This document shows, in pieces, positions 8,435 through 17,686 of a stretch of DNA of 64,000 nt. The notes under the pieces were generated by a model. It did not search any database and was not told where the DNA came from. It worked only from the letters and a program-made list of their open reading frames with translations. Made by a program: the position numbers and the translations under genes. This stretch comes from an uncultured Solirubrobacteraceae bacterium (GTDB lineage: Bacteria > Actinomycetota > Thermoleophilia > Solirubrobacterales > Solirubrobacteraceae), in assembly GCA_963844205.1 (NCBI GenBank), contig CAWJNK010000017.1, forward strand, positions 31,603 through 95,602, given 5' to 3'. How positions within the stretch are numbered: position 1 is the first letter of the stretch; each line of letters begins with the position of its first letter.

Positions 8435-8577
8435 GAACGTCAACTGCGGCATTGAGGGAGGCGGGTTTGGCGGCTCTGCGGGTCGAGTGTCGACTTAATG
8501 GGCCTGAGGCGTATTAACTCGACACTCGGCAGCCGGAGCGGCCGATCCACCGCCTCCCTACCCAGCGCAGTTCGTCC
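8435..8577. repeat. ~140-bp imperfect palindromic element sharing its terminal motif with the element at 39242-39485
   Basis: The left end is GAACGTCAACTGCGGCATTGAGGGAGGCGG and the right end is CCGCCTCCCTACCCAGCGCAGTTCGTCC. The inner arms are CGAGTGTCGACTTAAT / ATTAACTCGACACTCG. Confidence 0.7.
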
Positions 8578-8580
8578 CTT

Positions 8581-8624
8581 CGCGACGTTCCGTCGCAATC
8601 CCGCGACAGAATCGCGACGTTCCG
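8581..8624. promoter_or_regulatory. direct repeat CGCGACGTTCCG x2 upstream of mmsA (operator candidate or decayed repeat units)
   Basis: Identical 12-mers lie at 8581-8592 and 8613-8624, 23-65 bp upstream of the mmsA start candidates. They resemble the GACGTTCG core of the 13-bp unit at 39421-39485. Confidence 0.3.
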
Positions 8625-8646
8625 CCACTGTTTCGCGCACCGCGGC

Positions 8647-10176
8647 GTGGGCACGATGAGGCGTATGAGCACGACCGCGAGCGAGACTGTCCTGAGGCAC
8701 TGGATCGGCGGGCGGCGCGACGAGCGCGCCGCGGACCGCCATGGCGAGGTGACCGACCCCGCGACCGGCGAGGTGGTCGCGCGCGTGCCGTTCGCGACCG
8801 CCGAGGACGTCGACCGGGCCGTCACCGCCGCCGCGGCGGCGGCGGCCGAGTGGGGCGCGGCCTCGCTCACCCGCCGCGCGCAGGTCATGTTCGCGTTCCG
8901 CGAGCTGGTCGCTCGTCACACGGACGAGCTCGCGGCGCTCATCACGCGCGAGCACGGCAAGGTGCTCGCCGACGCGCGCGGCGAGGTCACGCGCGGACTG
9001 GAGATCGTCGAGTTCGCCTGCGGCCTCGGCCACCTGCTCAAGGGCGAGAACACGCCGCAGGTCTCCGGCGGCGTCGACTCGCACTCGATGCGGATGCCGC
9101 TCGGCGTCGTCGCCGGCATCACCCCGTTCAACTTCCCGGTCATGGTGCCGCTGTGGATGGCGCCGGTCGCGATCGCGTGCGGCAACGCCTTCGTCCTCAA
9201 GCCCTCCGAGCAGGACCCGTCCCCGTCGCTGCGCCTTGCCGAGCTGTGGGCCGAGGCCGGTCTCCCCGACGGCGTGTTCAGCGTCGTGCACGGTGACAAG
9301 GAGGCGGTCGACGCGATCCTCGGGCACCCGGGCATCGCCGCCGTCTCGTTCGTCGGCTCCACCCCGGTGGCCAAGTACATCTACGAGACCGGCACGAGCA
9401 ACGGCAAGCGCGTGCAGGCGCTCGGCGGGGCGAAGAACCATGCGGTCGTGCTGCCGGACGCGGACCTCGACCTGGCGGCCGACGGCCTCGTCTCCGCCGC
9501 GTACGGGTCGGCGGGCCAGCGCTGCATGGCCGTGTCCGTGGCGGTCACGGTCGGCGATGTCGCCGACCCGCTGATCGAGCGCGTCCGCGAGCGGATCGGC
9601 GGCCTGACCGTCGGCCCAGGCACCGACCCGTCGTCGGACATGGGCCCGCTCGTCTCGGAGCGGCACCACGAGAAGGTGGCGGGGCTCGTCGAGGCGGGCG
9701 TGGAGGAGGGCGCCGAGCTCGCGGTCGACGGCCGCGACCTCGTCGTCGAGGGCCACGAGGGCGGCTATTTCCTCGGCCCGTGCGTGTTCGACCATGTGCG
9801 CCCCGGCATGCGGATCTACGACGAGGAGATCTTCGGCCCCGTGCTGGTCGTGGTGCGCGCCGAGAGCTACCCCGAGGCGCTCGAGCTCGTGAACGCGAAC
9901 CCGTACGGCAACGGCGCCGCGATCTTCACCTGCGACGGCGGCGCCGCCCGGCTGTTCGAGCAGCAGGCGACCGCCGGCATGATCGGCGTCAACGTCCCGA
10001 TCCCGGTCCCGATGGCGTACCACTCGTTCGGCGGCTGGAAGGCGTCGCTGTTCGGCGACCTGCACATGCACGGGCCGGAGGGCGTGCGCTTCTACACCCG
10101 CGGCAAGGTCGTGACGTCGCGCTGGCCCGACCCCAGCCACGCGGGGGTCAATCTGGGCTTCCCGACGCAGACCTGA
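8647..10176 (+). CDS. mmsA: CoA-acylating methylmalonate-semialdehyde dehydrogenase
   Basis: ALDH-family blocks ITPFNFPVMVPLWMAPVAIACGNAFVLKPSE, GGAKNH, GQRCMA and EEIFGPVL fit the MmsA subtype. The true start may be the ATG at 8656 or 8665. Confidence 0.9.
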   Translation: MGTMRRMSTTASETVLRHWIGGRRDERAADRHGEVTDPATGEVVARVPFATAEDVDRAVTAAAAAAAEWGAASLTRRAQVMFAFRELVARHTDELAALITREHGKVLADARGEVTRGLEIVEFACGLGHLLKGENTPQVSGGVDSHSMRMPLGVVAGITPFNFPVMVPLWMAPVAIACGNAFVLKPSEQDPSPSLRLAELWAEAGLPDGVFSVVHGDKEAVDAILGHPGIAAVSFVGSTPVAKYIYETGTSNGKRVQALGGAKNHAVVLPDADLDLAADGLVSAAYGSAGQRCMAVSVAVTVGDVADPLIERVRERIGGLTVGPGTDPSSDMGPLVSERHHEKVAGLVEAGVEEGAELAVDGRDLVVEGHEGGYFLGPCVFDHVRPGMRIYDEEIFGPVLVVVRAESYPEALELVNANPYGNGAAIFTCDGGAARLFEQQATAGMIGVNVPIPVPMAYHSFGGWKASLFGDLHMHGPEGVRFYTRGKVVTSRWPDPSHAGVNLGFPTQT

Positions 10177-10224
10177 GCGCGGGCGCCACGAACCGCGCCC
10201 TGAGGGGCGCCACAACCCGTGCGG

Positions 10225-11085
10225 TCACGCGCCGCGGAGCGCGGGCGCGACCTCGGCGGCCAGGCGGCCGATCTGCTCGACCATGTCGTCCTGGGTCCAG
10301 AGGAGGAAGCCGTCGAACCCGTGGTCGCGGGCGAGCGTGCCGAGCTCGGAGATCCAGTGCTCGGGCGGGCCGTCGAGCCAGCCGCGGACCGGGCCGTCGG
10401 CGATCCGCCCGTTGACGTTCGCGATCCGCCGGATCGCCTTCGGGTCGCGGCCGGCGCGATCAGCGGCCTCCTCGATCATGCGGACGCGGCCGGGCACGTC
10501 CTCGAGTGGGAGCCTGGGCAGGCTCGGGAACCAGCCGTCGGCGAGGCGGCCGACCACGCGCATCATCCGCGGCCCGTAGGCGCCGAGCCAGATGCCAATC
10601 GGATGCGCCGGCGGCGGCCCGAACTTCATGCCGCGCACCCGGTAGTGCTCGCCCTCGAACGTGACCGACCGCTCGCCGGACCAGCAGGCCCGCAGGATCG
10701 CGATCGCCTCCTCGAGCGCATCGACCGACACCGGGCCCGACCGCACCGGCCCGCCGAACGCCTCGATCGCCTCCCAGAACGCGCCGGAGCCGAGGCCGAG
10801 CTCGAACCGTCCGCCGCTCAGCACATCGATCGACGCCGCCGCCTTGGCCAGCATCGCCGGGTGCCGCAGCGGCAGGTTCGCGACGGCGGGGAACAGCCGC
10901 ACGCGCTCGGTCCGCGCGGCCAGGAAGGCCAGCAGCGCGAACGTGTCCAGGAAGCGGCGCTGGTACGGGTGATCCTGGATCCCGACGAGCTCGAGCCCGC
11001 CGTCCTCGACCGCCCGCACCTGGTCGAGAATCGCGTCCGGGTCGGCGGCGTCCGGGACGACGAACGCGCCGAGCTCGACGGTCAT
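10225..11085 (-). CDS. LLM-class (luciferase-like) F420-dependent oxidoreductase
   Basis: 286 aa. DVLSGGRFELGLGSG and GIWLGAYGPRMMRVVGRLADGW are typical of the LLM TIM-barrel family. Confidence 0.85.
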   Translation of the reverse strand: MTVELGAFVVPDAADPDAILDQVRAVEDGGLELVGIQDHPYQRRFLDTFALLAFLAARTERVRLFPAVANLPLRHPAMLAKAAASIDVLSGGRFELGLGSGAFWEAIEAFGGPVRSGPVSVDALEEAIAILRACWSGERSVTFEGEHYRVRGMKFGPPPAHPIGIWLGAYGPRMMRVVGRLADGWFPSLPRLPLEDVPGRVRMIEEAADRAGRDPKAIRRIANVNGRIADGPVRGWLDGPPEHWISELGTLARDHGFDGFLLWTQDDMVEQIGRLAAEVAPALRGA

Positions 11086-11107
11086 CGGCGCGCGACGACG
11101 GCGACGG

Positions 11108-11353
11108 TCATTGCAGGTACTGCTCGACCGTATCGGCGTCGCGAGGGCTGGCGCCCTCGGGGTCCTCGCCCGCGCGCCGCCGCGCCCGCCGCTGGCGCAG
11201 CAGGTCCCAGTACCGATCGAGCTCGACCTTGATCTCCGCGAGCCGCCCGTGCGCCTCGTCGTCGAGGCCGCCCTGGGTCCCGCCGCGGTCGAGCAGCTCG
11301 TGCTCTTCCTTGACGAGCGCTTCGATGTGGTCGCTGATCTGCTCGTCCGCCAT
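11108..11353 (-). CDS. DUF2630-like small protein
   Basis: The ATG at 11351-11353 gives 81 aa (MADEQISDHIEALVKEEHELL...ELDRYWDLLRQRRARR). This is the internal start of ORF 11108..11605; the upstream part of that ORF is Arg/Gly junk. Confidence 0.7.
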   Translation of the reverse strand: MADEQISDHIEALVKEEHELLDRGGTQGGLDDEAHGRLAEIKVELDRYWDLLRQRRARRRAGEDPEGASPRDADTVEQYLQ

Positions 11354-11355
11354 GG

Positions 11356-11754
11356 CTAGGTCCCAAGCGAGGATATCTTCCATTCGCCGTCGAGGTTGAC
11401 CAGCTCGAGCGTGTCCTTGGACGGCTCCTCCCCCGCCGCGGCCGTCCGCACCTCGGCCGACGCCGTGTCGTCCTTCACCTGGATGCGCCCGATCGTCAGC
11501 CGCGGCTCGCGCACGGCGCCGAGCCCCTGACGCAGCGCCACCTCGCACGGCAGGCCGATCGACTCCACGTCCTCGACCAGCGACGGGGCCAGCAGGCGGT
11601 CGCACAGCGTCTGGTAGTCCTTGGCCGCCGTCGCGCGGCCGAACTCCGTCACGGTCGACCGCACCTGCTCCTCGGGCGTCGGGCCCCCCTCGCCGCAGCC
11701 GACGAGGATCAGCAGCGCAACCGCCGGAGCCAGGAACCGCACTCGGCGGAGCAT
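11356..11754 (-). CDS. putative lipoprotein
   Basis: The start MLRRVRFLAPAVALLILVGCGEGG has a signal peptide and lipobox (LVGC). 132 aa. The stop lies 2 nt upstream of the DUF2630 start. Confidence 0.65.
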   Translation of the reverse strand: MLRRVRFLAPAVALLILVGCGEGGPTPEEQVRSTVTEFGRATAAKDYQTLCDRLLAPSLVEDVESIGLPCEVALRQGLGAVREPRLTIGRIQVKDDTASAEVRTAAAGEEPSKDTLELVNLDGEWKISSLGT

Positions 11755-11757
11755 AGA

Positions 11758-12336
11758 ATGGGTGGGATGGAGGGTTCCGAAGGAGCGCCGATCGGCGCCT
11801 GGCTGCGCTGTTACCGCTGCTGGTCGCAGGAGCTCGAGGTCCAGGTCCACTACGAGGGGATCCACCGGATCGACCCGGTGACCGGCGAGCGGGCCGACGT
11901 GGTCGACGAGCTGCAGGAGGCCGTCGTCCAGTGCCTCGACTGCATGCACGACCAGCCGCACCTCGCGTTCCACAACGGCCGGATCGAGCCGATCGAGGAC
12001 CGCTGGGAGCGCATGGTGGCCGGCACGCCGTGGGTCGCCTCGTGCACCGTGACCGTCGACGCCGACGGCGTCGAGTCCTGCTCGGGCCCCGAGGCGGCCG
12101 ACTCGCTCGCCTACGCGGCGTTCGGCGACAACGGCACCCGCGAGTTCTTCACGCATGTGCGCTTCCACAAGCACGACGAGGACCAGATCGTCGTCCACCT
12201 GCTGGTCGAGCTGTACGCGCGCTCGAACGACGAGGCGACCGGCGTGCTCGAGGACGCCGCCCGCGGCCTGCTCACGATCACCTCGCTCGCCGAGGAGTCA
12301 CGCCCGCCCGCCGCGACCGGCGAGCACCCGCACTAA
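11758..12336 (+). CDS. hypothetical protein with two CxxC pairs (possible zinc ribbon)
   Basis: 192 aa with strong GC3 bias and normal composition. It has CYRC...CLDC pairs and a His-rich N-terminal half. An alternative ATG lies at 11767. Confidence 0.65.
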   Translation: MGGMEGSEGAPIGAWLRCYRCWSQELEVQVHYEGIHRIDPVTGERADVVDELQEAVVQCLDCMHDQPHLAFHNGRIEPIEDRWERMVAGTPWVASCTVTVDADGVESCSGPEAADSLAYAAFGDNGTREFFTHVRFHKHDEDQIVVHLLVELYARSNDEATGVLEDAARGLLTITSLAEESRPPAATGEHPH

Positions 12337-12686
12337 TCCGGTAGGCCGATTCGCCGGTCGAAGCCCGCCGGCGCGTGGATGTTGAACATACGGACGGGGA
12401 CGTCTCCGTCGTTGCGGAAGCCGTGCTCGACGTCGGGCGGGACGAGGACGAACGTGCCCGGCGGCGCGGGGATCTCGTCCTCGCCGACCACGAACGTCAT
12501 CTCGCCCTCGATGATGTAGAAGGCGTCGTCCTCGCCGTCGTGGACGTGCGCCTCGAGCACCCGCCCGGCCGCGATCTCGATGATCCCGAACGTGAACCGC
12601 GGCGTGTCCGCCGTGCGGGCCAGGAACTCGACGTTGCCGATCCGATGTCCCTGTCCCGGCGGGACGACCACCGCGCGCTGCTCCAT
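12333..12686 (-). CDS. cupin domain protein
   Basis: 117 aa with cupin motifs (LEAHVHDGEDDAFYIIEGEM, PPDVEHGFRN). Confidence 0.8.
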   Translation of the reverse strand: MEQRAVVVPPGQGHRIGNVEFLARTADTPRFTFGIIEIAAGRVLEAHVHDGEDDAFYIIEGEMTFVVGEDEIPAPPGTFVLVPPDVEHGFRNDGDVPVRMFNIHAPAGFDRRIGLPD

Positions 12687-12704
12687 CTCCCAATCCTGTC
12701 ATCA

Positions 12705-14618
12705 ATGGGGGGTGTGACGACCATCCCCCTCCGGGAGACCACGGCCTGGGCGCGCAACCTCGCGGCGCCCCTGCGCGACTTCCTCAGCACCGAGACCGGC
12801 GGCGCGGTCGTCCTCCTGGGCGCCGCGATCGCCGCCCTGCTGTGGGCGAACTCGCCGTGGCCGGAGTCCTACGAGTCGGTCTGGACGACCGAGCTGTCGC
12901 TCCGGCTCGGGGACGCCGGCATCTCGCTCGAGCTGCGCGAGTGGGTCAACGAGGGCCTGATGACGTTCTTCTTCCTCGTCGTCGGGCTGGAGGCCAAGCG
13001 CGAGCTCGACGTCGGGCAGCTGCGCGAGCGCCGGCGCGTCGCCCTCCCGCTCGGCGCCGCTCTCGGCGGCATGACGCTCGCCGTGCTCGTCTACCTGATC
13101 TTCAACGCCGGCGGCTCGGGCGCGCAGGGATGGGGCGCCGCGATGTCGACGGACACCGCGTTCGCGCTCGGCGTGCTCGCGCTCGTGGCGCCCTCCGGCA
13201 CCCGGCTGCGGGTGCGGCTGCTCACCGTCGCCGTCTTCGACGACCTCGTCGCGCTGCTCGTGATCGCGACCGTCTACACCGAGCACGTCGAGCGCATGCC
13301 GCTTCTCATCGCCGCCGGCCTGTTCGCGGCGCTGTACCCGGTGCGCTACGCGCCCGCCGGCTGGCGCCTCCCGCTCGCGACGGTGCTCGGCGTCGGCGTC
13401 TGGCTCGCGCTGCACGACGCCGGCATCGACCCCGTGATCACCGGCCTCGCGGTGGGGCTGGTCACCGCCGCCTACCCGCCCGCCCGAGCGAGCCTCGAGC
13501 AGGTCACCGAGCTCGCCCGCTCGTTCCGCGAGCAGCCGACGCCGCAGCTCGCGCGCTCGGCGCAGCTCGGCGTGGCCGCCGCGATCTCGCCCAACGAGCG
13601 CCTCCAGTACCGGCTGCACCCATGGACGAGCTTCGTGATCGTGCCGCTGTTCGCGCTCGCCAACACCGGGATCGAGGTCGACGGCGACCTGCTGGCGGAC
13701 GCCGTGAGCTCCCCGATCACGCTCGGGATCTTCTTCGGCTACGTCGTCGGCAAGCCGGTCGGCCTCCTGCTCGGGACGGAGCTGGTATCGCGGCTGTGGC
13801 CGGGCGGGCTCGCGCCCGGGATCACGGGGCCGGCACGCGTCGGCACCGCGGCCGTCGCCGGGATCGGCTTCACGGTCTCGCTGCTGATCGCCACCATCGC
13901 GTTCGAGGGACGCCAGCTCGAGGAGGCCAAGGTCGGCGTGCTCGCCTCGGCCGTGGTCGCGGCGCTACTCGCCTGGCTGGTCTTCACGATCATCGCCCGG
14001 CTGCCCGAGGACGTGCGAGCGCGGCAGCTCTCGCGCACCGCCGAGGACCTCGTCGACCTCGCCGAGGACGTCGACCCGCAGCGCGACCACGTCCGCGGCG
14101 CCCCCGACGCTCCCGTCACGCTGCTCGAGTACGGCGACTACGAGTGCCCGTACTGCGGGATGGCGGAGCAGGCGATCCGCGAGCTGCTCGACTCGTTCGG
14201 CGACGACCTGCGCTACGTCTGGCGCCACCTGCCGCTCAACGACGTGCATCGCAGCGCCGAGATGGCCGCCGAGGCCGCCGAGGCCGCCGCCGCCCAAGGC
14301 GCGTTCTGGCCGATGCACGACCTCCTGATCGCCCACCCGGAGGAGCTCCACCCGCGCGACCTCGACCGCTACGCCGCCGAGGTGGGCCTCGACCGCGACC
14401 GCTTCTGGAGCGACATCCGCCGCCACGTCCATCTACCCCACATCGGCGACGACGTCGCGAACGCCGACGCCAGCGGCGTCGCGGGCACGCCGACGTTCTT
14501 CGTCAACGGCCGCCGCCACGAGGGCGCCTACGACGTCGACACGCTGACCCGGGCCGTCACCGCCGCGCAGCAGCGGGCGCGCGCGGGACCGATGAGTTCG
14601 CCCGCGGGCCGGCGTTAA
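12705..14618 (+). CDS. nhaA: Na+/H+ antiporter NhaA fused to a C-terminal DsbA-like thioredoxin domain
   Basis: The ATG at 12705 lies within ORF 12375..14618. NhaA blocks are LRDFLSTETGGAVVLLGAAIAALLWANSPW and VAVFDDLVALLVIA (DD pair). The C-terminal domain has the YGDYECPYCG CxxC motif and GTPTFFVNG. Confidence 0.9.
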   Translation: MGGVTTIPLRETTAWARNLAAPLRDFLSTETGGAVVLLGAAIAALLWANSPWPESYESVWTTELSLRLGDAGISLELREWVNEGLMTFFFLVVGLEAKRELDVGQLRERRRVALPLGAALGGMTLAVLVYLIFNAGGSGAQGWGAAMSTDTAFALGVLALVAPSGTRLRVRLLTVAVFDDLVALLVIATVYTEHVERMPLLIAAGLFAALYPVRYAPAGWRLPLATVLGVGVWLALHDAGIDPVITGLAVGLVTAAYPPARASLEQVTELARSFREQPTPQLARSAQLGVAAAISPNERLQYRLHPWTSFVIVPLFALANTGIEVDGDLLADAVSSPITLGIFFGYVVGKPVGLLLGTELVSRLWPGGLAPGITGPARVGTAAVAGIGFTVSLLIATIAFEGRQLEEAKVGVLASAVVAALLAWLVFTIIARLPEDVRARQLSRTAEDLVDLAEDVDPQRDHVRGAPDAPVTLLEYGDYECPYCGMAEQAIRELLDSFGDDLRYVWRHLPLNDVHRSAEMAAEAAEAAAAQGAFWPMHDLLIAHPEELHPRDLDRYAAEVGLDRDRFWSDIRRHVHLPHIGDDVANADASGVAGTPTFFVNGRRHEGAYDVDTLTRAVTAAQQRARAGPMSSPAGRR

Positions 14619-14649
14619 ACCGCCGTAACCCGACCCGAAGGAGCACGCA

Positions 14650-15249
14650 ATGAGCACCGTCTACACCGGCGCGAGCATGTCGATCGACGGCTACATCTCG
14701 GGCCCGAACGAGACCGGCTTCGAGCATCTCTTCAAGTGGTACGGCAACGGCGACGTCGAGGTGCCCACCACGAAGCCCGAGATGACGATGCGCATGACCG
14801 AGGAGAACGCCGAGCACTGGCGGACCGTGCTCGGCATGACCGGCGCGCTCGTGGTCGGCCGCAAGCTGTTCGACTACACGCGCGGCTGGGACGGCAACCA
14901 CCCGATCGGCAAGCCGGTCGTCGTCCTCACCCACAACCCGCCCCCCGAGGACTGGCCCGCCGACGCGCCGTTCACGTTCGTGAGCGACGGGATCGAGGCC
15001 GCGATCGAGACGGCCCGCGAGCTCGCCGGCGGCCATGGCGTCGGCGTCAACGGCGGCTCGGTCGCGAGCCAGTGCCTCGACGCCGGCCTGCTCGACGAAA
15101 TCTGGATCGACCTCGTGCCGGTCCTGCTCGGCGGCGGCACGCCGTTCTTCGACGGGCTCGGGGTCGCGCCGGTCGACCTCGAGGGCCCGGTGTCGGTCAC
15201 CGAGGGCCGCGACGTCACCCACCTGCGCTATCGGGTCAAGAAGGCATGA
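14650..15249 (+). CDS. dihydrofolate reductase-family protein (RibD C-terminal domain-like)
   Basis: 199 aa. MSIDGYISGPN..., GRKLFDY and WIDLVPVLLGGGTPFF are typical of this family. Confidence 0.85.
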   Translation: MSTVYTGASMSIDGYISGPNETGFEHLFKWYGNGDVEVPTTKPEMTMRMTEENAEHWRTVLGMTGALVVGRKLFDYTRGWDGNHPIGKPVVVLTHNPPPEDWPADAPFTFVSDGIEAAIETARELAGGHGVGVNGGSVASQCLDAGLLDEIWIDLVPVLLGGGTPFFDGLGVAPVDLEGPVSVTEGRDVTHLRYRVKKA

Positions 15250-15252
15250 CCG

Positions 15253-17676
15253 TCACGGCGTCGAGAGGTCGATGCTGAACATCCCGCGGCCGTGGCTCAC
15301 GCAGATCAGGACGCGGTTCATCCAGAACAGGTCGTCGACGGAGCAGTTGGTCGGCCCCTCGTTGGTGGCCGACCACGTCGCCCCGCCGTCCTCGCTCGCG
15401 AACATGCCGACTTCGGTGCCCGCATACACGAAGGCCGAGTTGTCCGGATGGATGGTGAGCGCCCGCACCGGTGCCGCCGGCAGCGCCTGGCCGATGTTGG
15501 TCCACGCGGTGCCGCCGTCCACGGTCTTCCAGACGTTCCCGCGGTTGTAGCCCGAGAACGTCACGTAGACCGTGTCGTGCGCGCGGGCGTCGATCGTGAT
15601 GCCCGTGCAGTAGCGGTCGACGGCCAGCGGGTGCGCGCCGGTGTGGTCGACCTTGCGCCAGATCGGGCTGGCGACGGTCCCGTTGGTGGACTTGAAGACC
15701 TGCCCGTCCTCGTGGCCGACCCACACGACGTTGGCGTTGCCGCGCGCGATCGCGAGCGCGCTGATGAGGCTGCCGGCGCTGGCCTTGATCGACCGCCAGC
15801 TCGGGCCGGTGCTGTTGGTGTTCGGCCGCTTGGCGTCGTTCGTCCGCCACAGCGAGAGGCCGCCGCCCAGGATCCGGTTCGGCTCGTTCGGGTCCAGCAC
15901 GAACGGGGCGATGAACAGCGCGTTCGCGTTGCGCGCGTCGGGGATGCGATACGGGAGCGGCTTCCACGTCCACTGGAAGCCGTCCCAGAACTGGCCGCTG
16001 ATGTAGTCGGCGGTCGCGCCGCCGTCCAGGCTCCGGTGGATGTTGAGGAAGACGTACTCGCCGTAGAAGACGTCCGGGTCCGTGGAATCGGCCGCGCACC
16101 AGCCGCCGTCGCCACCGAACATCTCGGTCCAGCCTTCGCTCCCGTTCGCGGTGGTGAACAGGAGCGTGCCGTTGTCCTGCGCGCCGCCGACGATCGAGCC
16201 GCTGGTGGCGTTACCGGCGCCGCCGTAGAACTGCGTCACCCCGTAGGTGTTGACGAGCTCCTTCCAGCCCCTGATGCGCGGCTGGTTCGGGTTGTCGCCG
16301 ACGGTCCGGACGTCGGTGGTGGTGTAGATGCCGCCGTCGTTGCCGAAGTACACGCGCTTGTTGGTCCGGCCGTTGTAGCCGCGCGCGGCGACGATGCAGT
16401 GCTGGTCGGCGTGCGCGGAGCGGCGGTCCCACCAGGTGCTGATGTCGCGCAGCGTGTCGCCGCCGTCGGTGCTGCGCCAGAGGTCGACGCCGCCGACGAT
16501 CACGAGGTTCGCGTCGGTGGGATCGCCGGCCCAGATGATGTTGTCGTACCAGCCCTGGTCGCCGAGGTAGGGCACCGCGAGCCCGTCCATGACGCCGCGG
16601 CGCTTGGCGTAGCTGCGCCCGCCGTTGGTCGAGCGCCAGATCTGGCCGTTGTTCACGTCGACCGACGCGTACACCTGCGCGGGGTTCTTCGTGGCGTAGG
16701 CGAGCTCGACGCGGCCGGTCCACGGCTGGCGGTGGGTGGCGGCGGTCCACGTCTGGCCGCCGTCGGTCGTGTAGTAGGCCTGGCCGTTGCGCAGGCCGCC
16801 CGCCACCGCCTTGGCGTTGTCGGTCGGGTGGTACTTGACATCGGCGATCTCGGCGCTGAGCACCCGCCTCCAGGTCGCCCGCGCGGCGTCCGCGCTGCGG
16901 AACAGCCCCGCGCCGGTGGCCGCGAGCAGCACCTTGCCGTTCGGCGAGATCGCGAGCCGGTTGACCGAGCGGAAGTTCGCGCCCGCGGTGGACGGGATCT
17001 GCTGCCACGAGACGCCGTCGGTGGTGCGGAAGATGCCCGCGCCGCGCAGCGCGTCGGTGTTGAAGAAGCCCTCGCCGGTCCCTGCGTAGATGACGTTGGG
17101 GTTCGTCGGGTCCATCACCATCGAGCAGACGGCGAGGTTGGCCATGAAGTCGTCGACGGGGTGCCAGCTCGCGCCGCTGTCCCCGGTCCGCCAGACGCCG
17201 CCGCCGACGCTGCCGGCCCACAGGACCTTCGAGTCGCGCGGGTGCGGGACGATCGAGCGCGTGCGCCCGCCGATGTTGCCGGGGCCGAGCGCGACCCACG
17301 CCGCGCCCGCGCCCGGCCCGATCCCCAGGCGCGGCAGCAGGGCGGTCGGCGGGACGTCGCGGCCGGTGGGGATGCCGGCCACCTGCGCCGGCTGCGCCCG
17401 CATGCGGGCGCTGTCGAGCTCGCGCAGCGCGTTCGGGAGGGCGTCCGGAACCGGCACGCGCCCCTCGGCGCCGACCGTGATGCGCCGGCGGAACTCCTCG
17501 CGCTTGCGCGCCATGTCCGGGAACTCGAGCCGCCGGATCGCGCGCCGCAGGGCCCGGTCGGGGAGCTCGCGCAGCGAGCTGGGCGTCAGCCCGCGCGTAC
17601 GCCGGAGCTCGGCCGCGAGGTCCTCCTCCAGTCCGCGCTCCTGGGCCGCCTTGAAGTAGCTCCGCTCGCTCGCCAT
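15253..17676 (-). CDS. BNR/Asp-box repeat (sortilin/VPS10- or GH74-like double propeller) protein, no signal peptide
   Basis: 807 aa with at least 7 Asp-box-like motifs (DSGASW, TDGVSW, TDGGQTW, TNGGRSY, TDGGDTL, LDGGATA, VDGGTAW, EDGGATW). The ~130-aa N-terminal region is Arg-rich and helical-looking with no hydrophobic leader. Confidence 0.8.
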   Translation of the reverse strand: MASERSYFKAAQERGLEEDLAAELRRTRGLTPSSLRELPDRALRRAIRRLEFPDMARKREEFRRRITVGAEGRVPVPDALPNALRELDSARMRAQPAQVAGIPTGRDVPPTALLPRLGIGPGAGAAWVALGPGNIGGRTRSIVPHPRDSKVLWAGSVGGGVWRTGDSGASWHPVDDFMANLAVCSMVMDPTNPNVIYAGTGEGFFNTDALRGAGIFRTTDGVSWQQIPSTAGANFRSVNRLAISPNGKVLLAATGAGLFRSADAARATWRRVLSAEIADVKYHPTDNAKAVAGGLRNGQAYYTTDGGQTWTAATHRQPWTGRVELAYATKNPAQVYASVDVNNGQIWRSTNGGRSYAKRRGVMDGLAVPYLGDQGWYDNIIWAGDPTDANLVIVGGVDLWRSTDGGDTLRDISTWWDRRSAHADQHCIVAARGYNGRTNKRVYFGNDGGIYTTTDVRTVGDNPNQPRIRGWKELVNTYGVTQFYGGAGNATSGSIVGGAQDNGTLLFTTANGSEGWTEMFGGDGGWCAADSTDPDVFYGEYVFLNIHRSLDGGATADYISGQFWDGFQWTWKPLPYRIPDARNANALFIAPFVLDPNEPNRILGGGLSLWRTNDAKRPNTNSTGPSWRSIKASAGSLISALAIARGNANVVWVGHEDGQVFKSTNGTVASPIWRKVDHTGAHPLAVDRYCTGITIDARAHDTVYVTFSGYNRGNVWKTVDGGTAWTNIGQALPAAPVRALTIHPDNSAFVYAGTEVGMFASEDGGATWSATNEGPTNCSVDDLFWMNRVLICVSHGRGMFSIDLSTP

Positions 17677-17686
17677 CGTGCCTCCT

